Source of the DNA: Octopus sinensis
Taxonomy: Eukaryota
Length of the DNA stretch: 64,000 nucleotides
Direction of reading: 5' to 3'
Assembly: GCF_006345805.1 (NCBI RefSeq)
Contig: NC_043000.1
Span: 152,892,001 to 152,956,000 of the forward strand
Made by a program: the position numbers and the translations under genes
The notes under the pieces: generated by a model
Seen by the model: only the letters and a program-made list of their open reading frames with translations
Told to the model about the DNA's origin: nothing
The model's database searches: none
In this document: positions 1 through 11,100 of the stretch, one piece after another
Numbering within the stretch: position 1 is the stretch's first letter
Layout of the letters: every line of letters starts with the position of its first letter

Positions 1-37
1 ATTAAAAAGTCGCTTCCCAACTATGTGGTTATTATCA

Positions 38-346
38 CCGTGATCACCGTGACCAACCAGGCTATCAGATGTTGTTACACATTGTTGGTCACAATGCGCT
101 TCGCATTGTTTTAGCCTTCAAATGACGCCACCCCACTGGTTAAGCGAGCAGGCCAATAGAAGAAAGAGTGAGAGAAAGTTGTGGCGAAAGAGTACAACAG
201 GGATCGCCACCACCCCCTGCTGGAGCCTCGTGGAGCTTTAGGTATTTTCGCTCAATAAACACTCACAACGCCTGGTCTGGGAATCGAAACTGCGATCCTA
301 CGACCGCGAGTCCGCTGCCCTAACCACTAGGCCATTGCGCCTCCAC
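38..346 (-). mobile_element. tRNA-derived SINE, family A (head TGTGGAGGCGCAATGGCCTAGTGGTTAGGG), full length
   Basis: The minus strand has A-box and B-box-like motifs (TGGCCTAGTGG; GTTTCGATTCC). A 15-bp target-site duplication ATGTGGTTATTATCA lies at 23-37 and 347-361. The head matches the copy at 36511. Confidence 0.9.
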
Positions 347-550
347 ATGTGGTTATTATCAGAAAGATAATTCCCGGTTTATCTTTTATAAAGTCATTGT
401 ATCAAGATCTATACTGCATGGTAACTTTATATGTATATATATAATTTATTTTCTTAGATAAACGCACGAATATAACTTCGAGTTTCTCTCAAGACAAAAT
501 AGCTCTCACCACTGAGTGTACCTCTAAGCAGTTGCTCAAAATGCTAGAAA

Positions 551-698
551 TAGTAGCTAGATCTCCTTTTGTCATACATTATGGAGTTATTATGAGAATA
601 CATATTGTAACATAAACCGAAATACTTACGCTGGAAAAATAGGCTGGGTGGTCATGTGTGGAGCGCCTTTGATGATAAGTTTCCTTCGTTGGGACTGA
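551..698. repeat. About 150-bp direct repeat, copy 1 (piece of an old dispersed repeat)
   Basis: TAGTAGCTAGATCTCCTTTTGTCATAC...GTTGGGACTGAC recurs at 1854-2001 with about 10 substitutions. Confidence 0.85.
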
Positions 699-1180
699 CC
701 TGCGGCTAAATCACCAGTCTCATCACATATTACTTGCAGAGTTATGTTATCTTAGATTGATCAGTGCAAGCGAGATAACTCACAAAAACCATAGAGGTAT
801 TTATTGCGAGTTGTGTCCCTTGCCTGTGATGTTGCTCCACGCATCAACGATGTTCCTGAGGGAGTTTTATCTCTGTAGTGTAAATAGGTTCGGTGGGTTA
901 ATGTGGGAGGAGGCGATGTTTGATGTTATTGTGATCTTGATATGACAGCAGTATTAACATTTTATATGTTCAAACGTGCTTGTTTTGTATCCTAGTTTTA
1001 GTTTTTCCAGTTCTCGGATCAGTTTTCTCTGCTTTACAAATAGTATAAGTTTGACAATTTTGCTCTGGTCTTCCTTATAAGGTCATAATTATTAAATAAT
1101 ATACTTTTCATTATACATCTCTCTAATCGTCACCTTTGTGAGTACAAAATTATAATTATAATTGCTTAATTATCCTACAT

Positions 1181-1399
1181 CAGTGGTTTTCAACCAGGGT
1201 TCTGCGGAACCTTAGGGTACCGCCAGTACAGTTCAGGGGTTCCACAAGAAGTTATAAAACTGCTAAAATCGGCAGTAATTTTAAATTCTCCTGTGCAGAT
1301 ATGTGTGCATAAGACTATTAAATTATTGCACAGGGGTTCCTCGAGCCAGTGGAATGTTTCCTTGGGGTTCCACTCCAGCAAAAAGTTTGAAAAGCACTG
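1181..1399. mobile_element. hAT-superfamily MITE (219 bp)
   Basis: TIRs CAGTGGTTTTCAA...TTGAAAAGCACTG. 8-bp TSD TCCTACAT at 1173-1180 and 1400-1407. A second copy lies at 52854. Confidence 0.92.
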
Positions 1400-1621
1400 T
1401 CCTACATGTTTGTATCATAAGTCAATTATTTAATTTTTTTGTTTAGTTCAGGTCTAGAGTTGTCACTTTGCTACCGAAGATGACATTCACTTCTCACAGC
1501 ATTCTATTGTTAATAATTTAAATTTACTGAAATTCCAAGATTATCTTCATGAGAATGTATTTTAATAATGATTTACAGCATGTAATTTGAATTTAATGGA
1601 ATGTCTTGGTTTACATATACA

Positions 1622-1790
1622 AGCATAGTTGTGTGGTTAAGAAGTTAGCTTGTCAACCACGTGGCTTTGTGTTCAATCCCACCATACAGAAACTTGGGCA
1701 AGGATCTTCTATTATAGCCCTGGGTTGACCAATACTTTGCAAAGGAATTTGGTGGATGGACACTGAAAGAAGTCTATTGTATATATATAT
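1622..1790 (+). mobile_element. Degenerate SINE family B 5' half
   Basis: Diverged match to the family B head (GTGTGGTTAAGAAG...TTGGGCAAG...CTGAAAGAAG). Confidence 0.55.
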
Positions 1791-1853
1791 GCAAACATGT
1801 GCATATGTGTTTGTGTGAATATCTTAACAGTACATTGAGCTACATTTATGGAT

Positions 1854-2001
1854 AGTAGCTAGATCTCCTTTTGTCATACATTATGGAGTTGATATGGGAA
1901 TACATATTGTAACATGAACAGAAATACCTATGCTGGAAAAATAGGCTGGGTAGTCATGTGTGGAGCGCCTTTGATCATAAGTTTCCTCCGTTGGGACTGA
2001 C
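1854..2001. repeat. About 150-bp direct repeat, copy 2
   Basis: Near-identical to 551-698. Confidence 0.85.
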
Positions 2002-2536
2002 TCACTATTTGTGACTAGACTGCAACAGGTAACATTTTTTGACTTTTCCTCTCAACAAAGGGTAGTTTCCCCTCAAAAAAGGTAGTTCTGCCCTTTTGGG
2101 TTTCCTAGGATAAAAATAGGCAAGAATTGGTGATAGGAAGAACATCGGGCTTTTCATGTTGCTTGCATTCCTGAATAATTTACCCAGTAATTTCCATACA
2201 TGTATGTGCATATGTGCATGTATATATAAACATATCTTTGTACATATGTCTGTCTGCATGTATGTATTGATATTTGTTTTGCATGTGTGTGTATATGCAT
2301 GCTTGCACATATGAGTATAAACTAATATTAACACACGCTCAAACCAATGAACTCCAGTATTAATTTCAGTCTGGTATTTATTTTATTAATGTATATTGAT
2401 TTATTGGTTGTCGTCCAAACCATAGTTTTGAGATTAGTCCTACTGCATGGCTCTTTGGTCCAGCGTTTTCTATTATAGCATTGATTCAACCAAACTCTTG
2501 TGAGTTGATATAAAGTGTATATCTCTTCTATCTTTT

Positions 2537-3190
2537 CATCATCATCATCATCGTTTAACGTCCGTTCTCCATGCTAGCATGGGTTGGACGGTTCAACTGG
2601 GGTCTGGGAAGCCAAAAGGCTGCACCAGGCCCAGTCTGATCTGGCAATGTTTCTACGGCTGGATGCCCTTCCTAATGCCAACCACTCCATAAGTGTAGTG
2701 GGTGCTTTTTACGTGTCACCGGCACAGGTGCCAGATGAGGCTGGCAAACGGCCACGATCGGATGGTGCTTTTTACATGCCACTGGCACGAGGTCAGTTGG
2801 GGCGGTGCTGGCAACGGCCACGTTTGGATGGTTCTCTTACGTACCACCGGCACTGGTATCACAGCTGCAATTTCCATTGATGTTGATCGATTTTGATTTT
2901 GATTTTCACTTGCCTCAACAGGTCTTCACAAGTAGAGTTTTGTGTCCCAAGAAGGAAAGGTATGCATAAGTGGACTGGCTATATCCCATGTAGAGGCCAC
3001 GGGTTATGGTCTCATTTGTCCTGCCGGGTCTTCTCACGCACAGAATACTTCCAAAGTCTCGGTCTCTAGTCATTTCCTCGGTGAGACCTAAAGTTCGAAG
3101 GTCGTGCTTCACCACCTCGTCCAAGTTTTTTCTGGGTCTGCCTCTTAAATCTTCCACTAAAGTAGGAGCCAGTTTCCTACAAAAATACAA
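2537..3190 (-). mobile_element. RTE-clade LINE 3' end: ORF2 C-terminus remnant, 3' UTR with tandem hairpin units, and (GAT)n tail
   Basis: The minus-strand translation RGRPRKNLDEVVKHDLRTLGLTEEMTRDRD resembles an RTE ORF2 C-terminus. It runs into the repeat unit and ends GGACGTTAAACGATGATGATG. Confidence 0.8.
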
Positions 3191-3442
3191 GGCTCCATCT
3201 TCAGAATATAGTTAACACGGACAAATTCACATTTGGAACTTGAGAAAAGTCTTGCATATTTTTACTGTTCCACTCACAGATTGCACTTGTAATGTACGAA
3301 TTAGCCGGTCGATTTCTCTTTCTGAAAATCCCAGTTTAACCGGGTATGTATGTATGTATGTATGAACATATGTATGTATGGGTGTGTGTGTTTGTGTCTC
3401 TGACAACGATGACAATGTGTACACACACACAGACACACACAC

Positions 3443-3493
<51 letters not shown>

Positions 3494-3494
<1 letters not shown>

Positions 3495-4780
3495 GAGGGG
3501 CGTTCAATAAGTAATGCCTCTGACCCACTTGCAGTTGTTTGATCTAGCTGAAATTTTGCATGTGCAATTATTTATATCTCTATAGATTAAGTGGAAAATT
3601 ACAGCTCTGAACTAATTGTGGTTTCTGATTTACAGGTGTTTGAACTGAGTCAAGTGTGAAACGGAGCCTGTTGAGTGTCGAGCAGTGATGCGGTTTTTGT
3701 ATTTGAAAGGACGCACACCGTGGGAGACTTTTGATGAAATAAAAGTAAATTATGGTGATGATGCCCCATCATATGACCTTGTAAAACGCTGGCATCGTGA
3801 ATTCAAACATGGTCGGAACTTTGTGGAAACAGCTCCCAAATCTGGTCGCCCCCTTCTGCCATTGATGAGGCATCTGTCCGTCAAGTTGAGGCTGCCATTT
3901 TGGAAGATCGACACATAACTATTCGCCAAATAGCCCATGAGGTCAAGATTAGTACTGGGTCTGTGGAAACTATCATTCATGACCATTTGCATATGCAAAA
4001 GGTGTCTGCCAGATGGATTCCCAGGTTGCTCACACCTTTCCAGAAGCAAGAACGCGTCGATTGCGCGAGGATGAATTTGAAGATGTGCCAAGAAGATGAG
4101 TCAAAATTTTTCAAAAGACTGATTACACAGGATGAAACCTGGGTCCATCACTATGATCCAGAGACCAAAGCCCAGTCAATGCAGTGGAAGCACCGTGACT
4201 CACCCCCTCCAAAGAAGGGAAGGGTGCAGCCCTCCGCTGGCAAGGTCATGCTCACAGTCTTCTGGGACCAGGACGGAGTAGTGATGACAGATTTCCTGGC
4301 AAAGGGTGCCACAATTACAGGAGTCTATTATGCTTCACTTTTGAGGAAATTAAGAGAAGCTATCAAAATCAAGAGGCGGGGCAAGATCAGCAAAGGCATT
4401 CTCCTGCAGGACAACGCTCCGATCAACAACTCGCGTGTCGCCAGATCAGAAGCACAGGCGTGTGGCTATGAACTCATCCCCCATCCCCCTACTCTCCTGA
4501 CCTGCACCCTCTGATTTTCACCTCTTCCCAGCCATGGAGTTGTTTTTGAAAGTAAAGCGTTTCCCAGATGATGCAGCCTTGATTTCTGAAGTCACGTTGT
4601 GGTTGGAGGACCAAGCTGGGGTCTTCTACAAAAACGGTCTTCAGAGCTGCATCAAACAATGGGAAAAATACGTAACTCTGGGTGGTTCCTATGTAGAAAA
4701 AGACTAATAACTGTGCCAAGTTTCGTTGCTCTACTGCTATGGGAAGTGGGTCAGGGGCATTACTTATTGAACGCCCCTCG
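3494..4780 (+). mobile_element. Full-length mariner DNA transposon (1287 bp, irritans-like)
   Basis: 37-bp TIRs CGAGGGGCGTTCAATAAGTAATGCC(T/C)CTGACCCACTT with 1 mismatch. TA flanks at 3492-3493 and 4781-4782. Confidence 0.96.
3661..4707 (+). pseudogene. Mariner D,D34D transposase, disrupted
   Basis: Motifs WIPRLLT, ITQDETW, SAGKVM, QDNAP and HPPYSPDL (after a frameshift). The presumed start is ACG at 3661, with frameshifts near 3855 and 4487 and a stop at 4705-4707. Confidence 0.92.
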
Positions 4781-4796
4781 TATATATATGTATATG

Positions 4797-5017
4797 CAGG
4801 TGCTGGTGCAATGTAAAAAGCACCCAGTACACTCTGTAAAGTGGTTGGCATTAGGAAGGGCATCAGCCATAGAAACCATGCCAGAACAGACAATGAATCC
4901 TGCTGTGGCCCTCAGCCTTACCAGCCCCTAACAAACCATTTAACTTGTGCCAAGATGAAAACAGATGTTAAATGATGATGGTGCTGGTGGTGGTGGTGAT
5001 GATGATGATGATGGTGA

Positions 5018-5020
<3 letters not shown>
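4797..5020 (+). mobile_element. Diverged RTE-type 3' tail
   Basis: AAAAAGCACCCAGTACACTC...GGTTGGCATTAGGAAGGGCATC...GTTAAATGATGAT. Confidence 0.65.
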
Positions 5021-5054
<34 letters not shown>

Positions 5055-5631
5055 GTTTCTGACTGAAGATTAAAGGCTTTGAATGGCCCGTCTGTTTTCT
5101 GTGTTCGTCCCTTTGTGTATTTCACGTTCTTGTTTCTTTATATATAATTTTTATTCCTATATATATATACGTGTGTCCTTGTCTCTCCAGTCCTTTAGGA
5201 CATTTTCATTTCCTTTTGCATTACCCATATTCATCTGTCTAATAACCACACAGCTTTTTTTTTTTTTGTTGTATATAATCATTATATTTATTCTAGTTTG
5301 TTTTTATCATTGCCCTGTATGTTCATTAGCTGTTCTCAATGACTTTTTTTGCACTGGTAACTCCAAGAAGGAATAGTCTTTACAGTAATGGCATGAAACT
5401 ATGATCTCTTGGACATTGATTGATGAGGAATTAGCTACAAATTTTCTGTGTTATGGTTTTGTCAAATTTTCTGTTTTTGACTGAGGTTAACTTAGCCCGT
5501 CATACTTTTGGAGTTTGTAAAGTAAGTACCAGTGGTGCACTGGGGTCGATGTAATTGACTAGCCCTTCCCCAAAATTTCAGGCCTTGTGCCTCTAATAGA
5601 GAGGATTATTATTATTATTATTATTATTACT

Positions 5632-5732
5632 ACTATTTCAGTCATTTGACTGTGGCCATGCTGAAGCATCACTCTTTAGTCGACATCAGTTGTCAAGCAG
5701 TGGTGGTGGTAGTGGGACAAACACAGACACAC

Positions 5733-5800
<68 letters not shown>
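5632..5800 (-). mobile_element. SINE family B 3' fragment with internal (CA)n
   Basis: TTTCAGTCATTTGACTGTGGCCATGCTG...GGACAAACACAGACAC followed by a microsatellite. Confidence 0.65.
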
Positions 5801-5803
<3 letters not shown>

Positions 5804-6109
5804 CTAGCAGTATCGCCCGGCGTTGCTCAGGTTTGTAAGGGAAATAACTATATAAGCATTTTTAGAGAGTTACTTCCCTTATATAAACCGAGCAAAAAAT
5901 GCATTAAAAATGCGAAAAAATGATGGTAGATATTTTATCATCGTAGATATTTTATCATGCGTGCTAATACCCAGAAGGGCTTGATATGAATCACGACTAT
6001 AAGATACCCACTTTTGGTTAAACTGCACTGCAAAATGTGGGAGTAGTTAGGAATCTAAATTGGAGGAGACAGACTCTCACACACACAACTTCAGTTTTAT
6101 ATATAAAGA
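5804..6109 (-). mobile_element. Non-autonomous Helitron (mini family)
   Basis: The minus strand starts A|TCTTTATATATAAAA and ends with a subterminal hairpin (CCTGAGCAACGCCGGG) and CTGCTAG|T. No TSD. Confidence 0.88.
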
Positions 6110-6286
6110 TATGATGGGCTTGGAGATAGTGGTGTTGCTGGCTGGTGCGATTTTGTGGTCTGCTGGTATGCTGTGAGAGATCCAGCGGGCCTCTAACTGG
6201 TTCCCCAATCTTAAAGGTGTAATGTGGATGTGTAATGATGGAGTGGCTGGTGTAGTGGTGAGGCTAGCTGCTGTGGTGGTCTTCCT

Positions 6287-6985
6287 CACAGTACTTTATG
6301 GGAGACAAAATGTGTATGTCACACCACATTTTTGGCCTTGTCTGTTATCCCAATTGAGTGTCATAACTCTTACTTTGATATTGTTCATAGCTTGTGCTCT
6401 TGAAAATGCGACATATAATTGGCCATGAGAAAATACCGGTTGAGGCAAATGTATTCCAACTTTTTCAAATGTTTGCCCTTGAGCCTTATTAATTGTCATT
6501 GAATATGCAAGTCGAAGTGGAAACTGAAGTCTGTTTAGTGTGAATGGAATATTTGCATCACTTGGGCTTAATTTAATTCTAGGAATTAGAACTGTACGAC
6601 CTCTGTTGGAGCCTGTTACCAGTGATGCCTCTACACAATGTTCATGAAGTCTTTACACTTCCATGTGAGTTCCATTGCATAATCCTTGGTCGATTGAAAT
6701 ATTTCTTAGCAGCATTATAATAGCCCCTACTTTTAAGTTGAGGCGATGAGGAGACATAGCGGATGGAGTGAGTGAGTTTATGAATTCAAATGAATAGTTC
6801 TGAACCTCCTCTTCATTATTGCAGGACACTGAATCTGTGCTTAAGTATGTTTTAAGTGCCTCTGGTATAATATTAAGAACTTTTTCATTTATTGCAAGAC
6901 AGTCAGAATTTTTAGGAGATAGAATTACTCATTTTGCCATTTCTTCTGGCATGCAGTTGTTGAAAATTTCTGGGTACAAATGTAC
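6287..6985 (-). pseudogene. Helitron PIF1-like helicase C-terminal remnant
   Basis: Minus-strand motifs LKVGAIIMLLRN, LCNGT, QFPLRLAYSMTINKAQGQT and FSHGQLYVAFSR, with several stops. Confidence 0.9.
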
Positions 6986-7090
6986 AAATTGAAATGCAAA
7001 AGAATGAAATAATAAATAGATTTATGAATGAAAGTTTGGTTATTGCATTTATTTTCACACTTATTGCAAACATGTTTTAACTAACCTATA

Positions 7091-7129
<39 letters not shown>

Positions 7130-8223
7130 TACATTCATATATATGTGTCTCAAGTTGTAGCTGTAATTCAAAGGGGCCAGCCTTATCATATTCTGTGTGA
7201 GGCTGAATCTCCCTGAGAACTACATTAATGTTATGTCTGTGGAGTACTCAGCCATTTGTGAGTTAATTTTATCCTTGTGTGGTAATGAAAAGTGAAATTG
7301 ACAGCCAATATTTGCTGTGTCTATGTATCAATGAACTTTCCTTTTGGATTTATGTATCTACTGGCTCTCACTTTTTCTCTTTTTCTTTCTTTGTGTCACT
7401 CTTCTCTCCCACTTTTGATTTAACAGTGTGTATATGTCTCTACTTCTCTTGCGATGTGATAAACATTTGAAAACAAAACGAATGCCGTCACCACTCACTG
7501 TCTCTTTCAGTCTCTCTCTTTCTGTCTCACTGTCTCACTTTCTTTCTCTCTTATGCCATCTCTGAAACATTTAAAAGCACAAAATGAACACTGTCACCAC
7601 TCACTCTCTCTTTCACACTCTCTCTTTCTCTTTCACCTTCTTTTTCTCTTACTTCCTCTCTGTCCTTTTGTCTTTCGCTTTGCCACTTCTTTGAAGTAAG
7701 TGTGATGCACACAACAAGTATGTACAAAAACAAATAGTTGGCGTATTAATATTATTGGTTATTATTATTATTATTATTGCTGTTGTTACTGGTAATTTAT
7801 TTAAAAATGGAATTTCCTTGAAAATTAAACCTGTGTATCCCGAGTAGAAAATCTTTATTTGGCAGTTAGAAGTCTTAAAAGTTAATTAGTAAATTAACCA
7901 TTTCTGAGTTTGCGTGCATGTTACTGTCTCTGTATTTTACACCTGTCACATATATCTTATTTTACATGGGAAAATCTAGTTTTGAAAGAATCTTGAACCT
8001 TCAGATTAGGCTAACAATGTTGAGTTATGCTAACAGTGACTATTGTAACTGTTTAGTTCTGGATCATCATTGCCATCTATCATGATAGACCAAATCTATG
8101 GTATTGAGCAGAATATTTGCTGTAGTTCATCTTTTATACCAAAACAAAACGATGTACATGATAACACTTCCAATCAGTTAAGATTAGAAGCCATGAGAGC
8201 CACTGCCTGGTACTCACCAGGGC

Positions 8224-8265
<42 letters not shown>

Positions 8266-8396
8266 CATTATTATTATTATTACTACTACTACTACTACTA
8301 CTTGCTGGACCTGTGAAAAAATCACAGAAAACATAAAAAATGTAAGTACTGGTGCCATAAGAAATGTTCTTGGTCCTGCTCATGTTCTGTTGTCAG

Positions 8397-8503
8397 ATAG
8401 TGTATATGGCATTTATCACACTTTTGATATCTTAGTACAACACATAACAGCCACAGTGGCGATACAAATGCATGGTGATATCAGTGCAAGATTTTACCCT
8501 CAG
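8397..8503 (+). CDS. Candidate host exon (unverified)
   Basis: TTGTCAG|...CCTCAG|GTTTAT with a single open frame, DSVYGIYHTFDILVQHITATVAIQMHGDISARFYPQ. I recognise no homolog. Confidence 0.25.
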
Positions 8504-8989
8504 GTTTATGGTTACAGACAAAAAGCATTTCAGCTACTTTGTTTTTGTATTTGGTTTGCAAGGTTTTTTTTTTATGTGAATTCATGTATTGAAACAAAAT
8601 TTTGTTGTGTCTAGAGAGAGATATTTAACCAATTGACATTTTGGCTCCCTTTGTCTTGAAATTGAAGGTGGCAGACTATGCTAAAGAATATGGTGATCGA
8701 GTGACAGTGAAAATCTTGAGGCACTTCGAAACACTGCCTGCTTTTTTCTTGCAATTTTCTATGTACAGCAGCGTTGCTAAGAGAATGGAGGAAGCAAGAA
8801 CAGTTTGAGGCTGTTAAAATAGCGTAAAAATAAACCTTTGTTGTTCAGTCTCACATTGGCTAGAACTAAAGGAAGAGTTAGAAAAATACTGTTTGATAAA
8901 TGTGAGGAATACAAAGAAATGCATTTCTACCTATATAAATAATTAATAATAATGCCAAGAAATAAAAAAAAAAAATATATATATATATA

Positions 8990-9400
8990 TAGGCGCAGGA
9001 GTGGCTGTGTGGTAAGTAGCTTGTTTACTAACCACATGGTTCCGGGTTCAGTCCCACTGCATGGTACCTTGAGCAAGTGACTTCTACTATAGCCTCGGGC
9101 CGACCAATGCCTTGTGAGTGGATTTGGTAGATGGAAACTGAAAGAAGCCTGTCGTATATATGTATATATATATATGTGTGTGTGTGTGTTTGTGTGTGTT
9201 TGTCCCCCTAGCATTGCTTGACAACCGATGCTGGTGTGTTTATGTCCCCGTCACTTAGCGGTTCGGCAAAAAGAGACCGATAGAATAAGTACTGGGCTTA
9301 CAATGAATAAGTCCCGGTGTCGATTTGCTCGATTAAAGGCGGTGCTCCAGCATGGCCGCAGTCAAATGACTGAAACAAGTAAAAGAAATAAAAGAAAAGA
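8990..9400 (+). mobile_element. tRNA-derived SINE family B (head TAGGCGCAGGAGTGGCTGTGTGG, internal TA/TG microsatellite, A-rich tail)
   Basis: Near-identical to at least 7 other copies in the window. Confidence 0.9.
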
Positions 9401-10016
9401 AATATATATATAAGGTTTTGCTGGAACACAAGTTTGGTGTTACCAGTTCACGAAAAAGGCAGATTTTGTTAATGTGTGCAAAATAACATTCATTGCTAAA
9501 AATATGCCAGTAGATTACAAAGAAAAAAAAATATTAGAATAAAATGCTTTCTGCTGTATACCCAAACTAATCTTTTTTTTTTTTTGTGTATGTGTGATGT
9601 TTTACTATTGTATTTATGTACAATATGATATTTTCACTGTACACGAGTGTTCTTCTTGGCTGATTTCCTGCTTTATGTTTAGCTATGCTGGTAACTTACT
9701 TTGTACACAAATGTGTTCTACTGATTCTAAACAGCTATTGTTTTTCTTTGCCGTGTTTTTATAATTGTGTTCATGTGTGATATTTTCACTGTAAATAACT
9801 GTTTTTGTCTGATTTCCTGATTTACCGATATTTTCATCTCGGCTAGTAGCACGCTTGTTATAAAATGGTTCCTGCTATGGTTAAGCTTCTTTTCTAGTCT
9901 TCTTTGTAAATTACAGTAGTATTGTTGTTAAAAAGATATTTCTAGTCTATTTGCATGTTTTGCTCTTCTTTCTCTTATGCTGTGGTTATATATTTTGATA
10001 GGCAATAAATGCTTAA

Positions 10017-10598
10017 CCCCTTACCCGGCAGAAACGAATATATGCGTTTTGACCGAAATCGTTTTTTTCTATCTCTGGCGAGTTAACTCGTCAAAAGATA
10101 GACTCGCCAAAATCGACAGCAAATGAGTTCCTTCGTCTATTATAAACTCTTTTTTGACATATACGAGTATATTCGCTCACTTTATACGTCTGGCAGTGAC
10201 GATTTCTGCCACCTTTCGCTTGAGTAAGGCATTGAAGACCGAGTATGATTTAGTCACCTGGAGACAGTCGAAGGGTTGGAAGGCACCTTTTATGAATAGA
10301 AGTATTCACTTTGTTTTTACGTTGTTTTTTTATATCTTTATATTATAACCCCACCATGTCGATAACCAAATAAAATAACATGATTTTTTGTAAAAGTAAT
10401 AGGATTTATGAAAAAAACGGGTTAACTCGTTTCTGCCCAAAGCGGTAATTTAAAATCAATATTATTGAATTAAAATTCATAATAAATAAGGTTTGAAATA
10501 TACCTTGAAATCACCATTCAAAACATAGTAAAATAAAACAATTAAAAAATATGTCTGAAAAAATACATTTATTTTCAAAATAATTGTTGGGCAAGGGG
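10017..10598. mobile_element. Non-autonomous TTAA-specific (piggyBac-like) element
   Basis: TTAA at 10013-10016 and 10599-10602. TIR CCCCTT(A/G)CCC, and an internal inverted GGCAGAAACGA/TCGTTTCTGCC. Confidence 0.75.
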
Positions 10599-10614
10599 TT
10601 AAATACAAAAAAAT

Positions 10615-11100
10615 AATCAGAAATATTAAATTTCTAAATGTCTCAGAGAGACATGAGCGGTGGAGGAGCAATAGAGTGGTTGTATAAAGTCAACTTAATG
10701 TTTAGCCCTAGGAAGCATCAAACGCTTCCTGTCGGCTCTATCGCTCCACCACCGCTCATGTCTCTTTGAGACATTTAGAAATTTAACATTTCTGATTACG
10801 GTAACCAGTGAATAGATTTCACTGTAAACATATATATTTGTGAAGGCTGGACAGGCTCCTCAATCAGCAGATCTCACTATCCTGGGCTGATGACAGGTTA
10901 AGACCCAGAAACATGCATGTCCTCAGGTGTGAATCTTGGCTGGTGGGGGTGCTTACCTCCCCTTCACAAACATAAGGACACAGGGGGAAAAAATGTGTCA
11001 AAGCCGACAGGAAGCGTTCGATGCTTCCTAGGGCTAAACAGCAGTGGTGTAATTCCCATACGGGACTGTCACATTAAGTTGACGGTATACAACCACTCTA
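10615..11100 (+). mobile_element. Foldback structure with hammerhead motif; probable Penelope-like element remnant
   Basis: Arms 10615-10676 and 10736-10797 are inverted (about 4 mismatches in 62). The loop 10672-10737 is an inverted copy of 11002-11100 lacking 30 bp. Confidence 0.6.
10881..10927 (+). ncRNA. Minimal type I hammerhead ribozyme motif (stem II partly decayed)
   Basis: CCTGGG-CTGATGA-caGGTtaagACCca-GAAA-CATGCAT-GTC-CTCAGG. Stem I has 6 bp (one GU), stem III is palindromic, and the cleavage triplet is GUC. Confidence 0.7.

Noticed and set aside
5060-5095. Possible hammerhead (CTGAAGA...GAAT)
   Set aside because: GAAA is absent and no convincing stems form.
8990-9070. tRNA genes at SINE heads
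   Set aside because: Only A/B-box-like remnants continuing into repeat bodies. No complete cloverleaf is evident.
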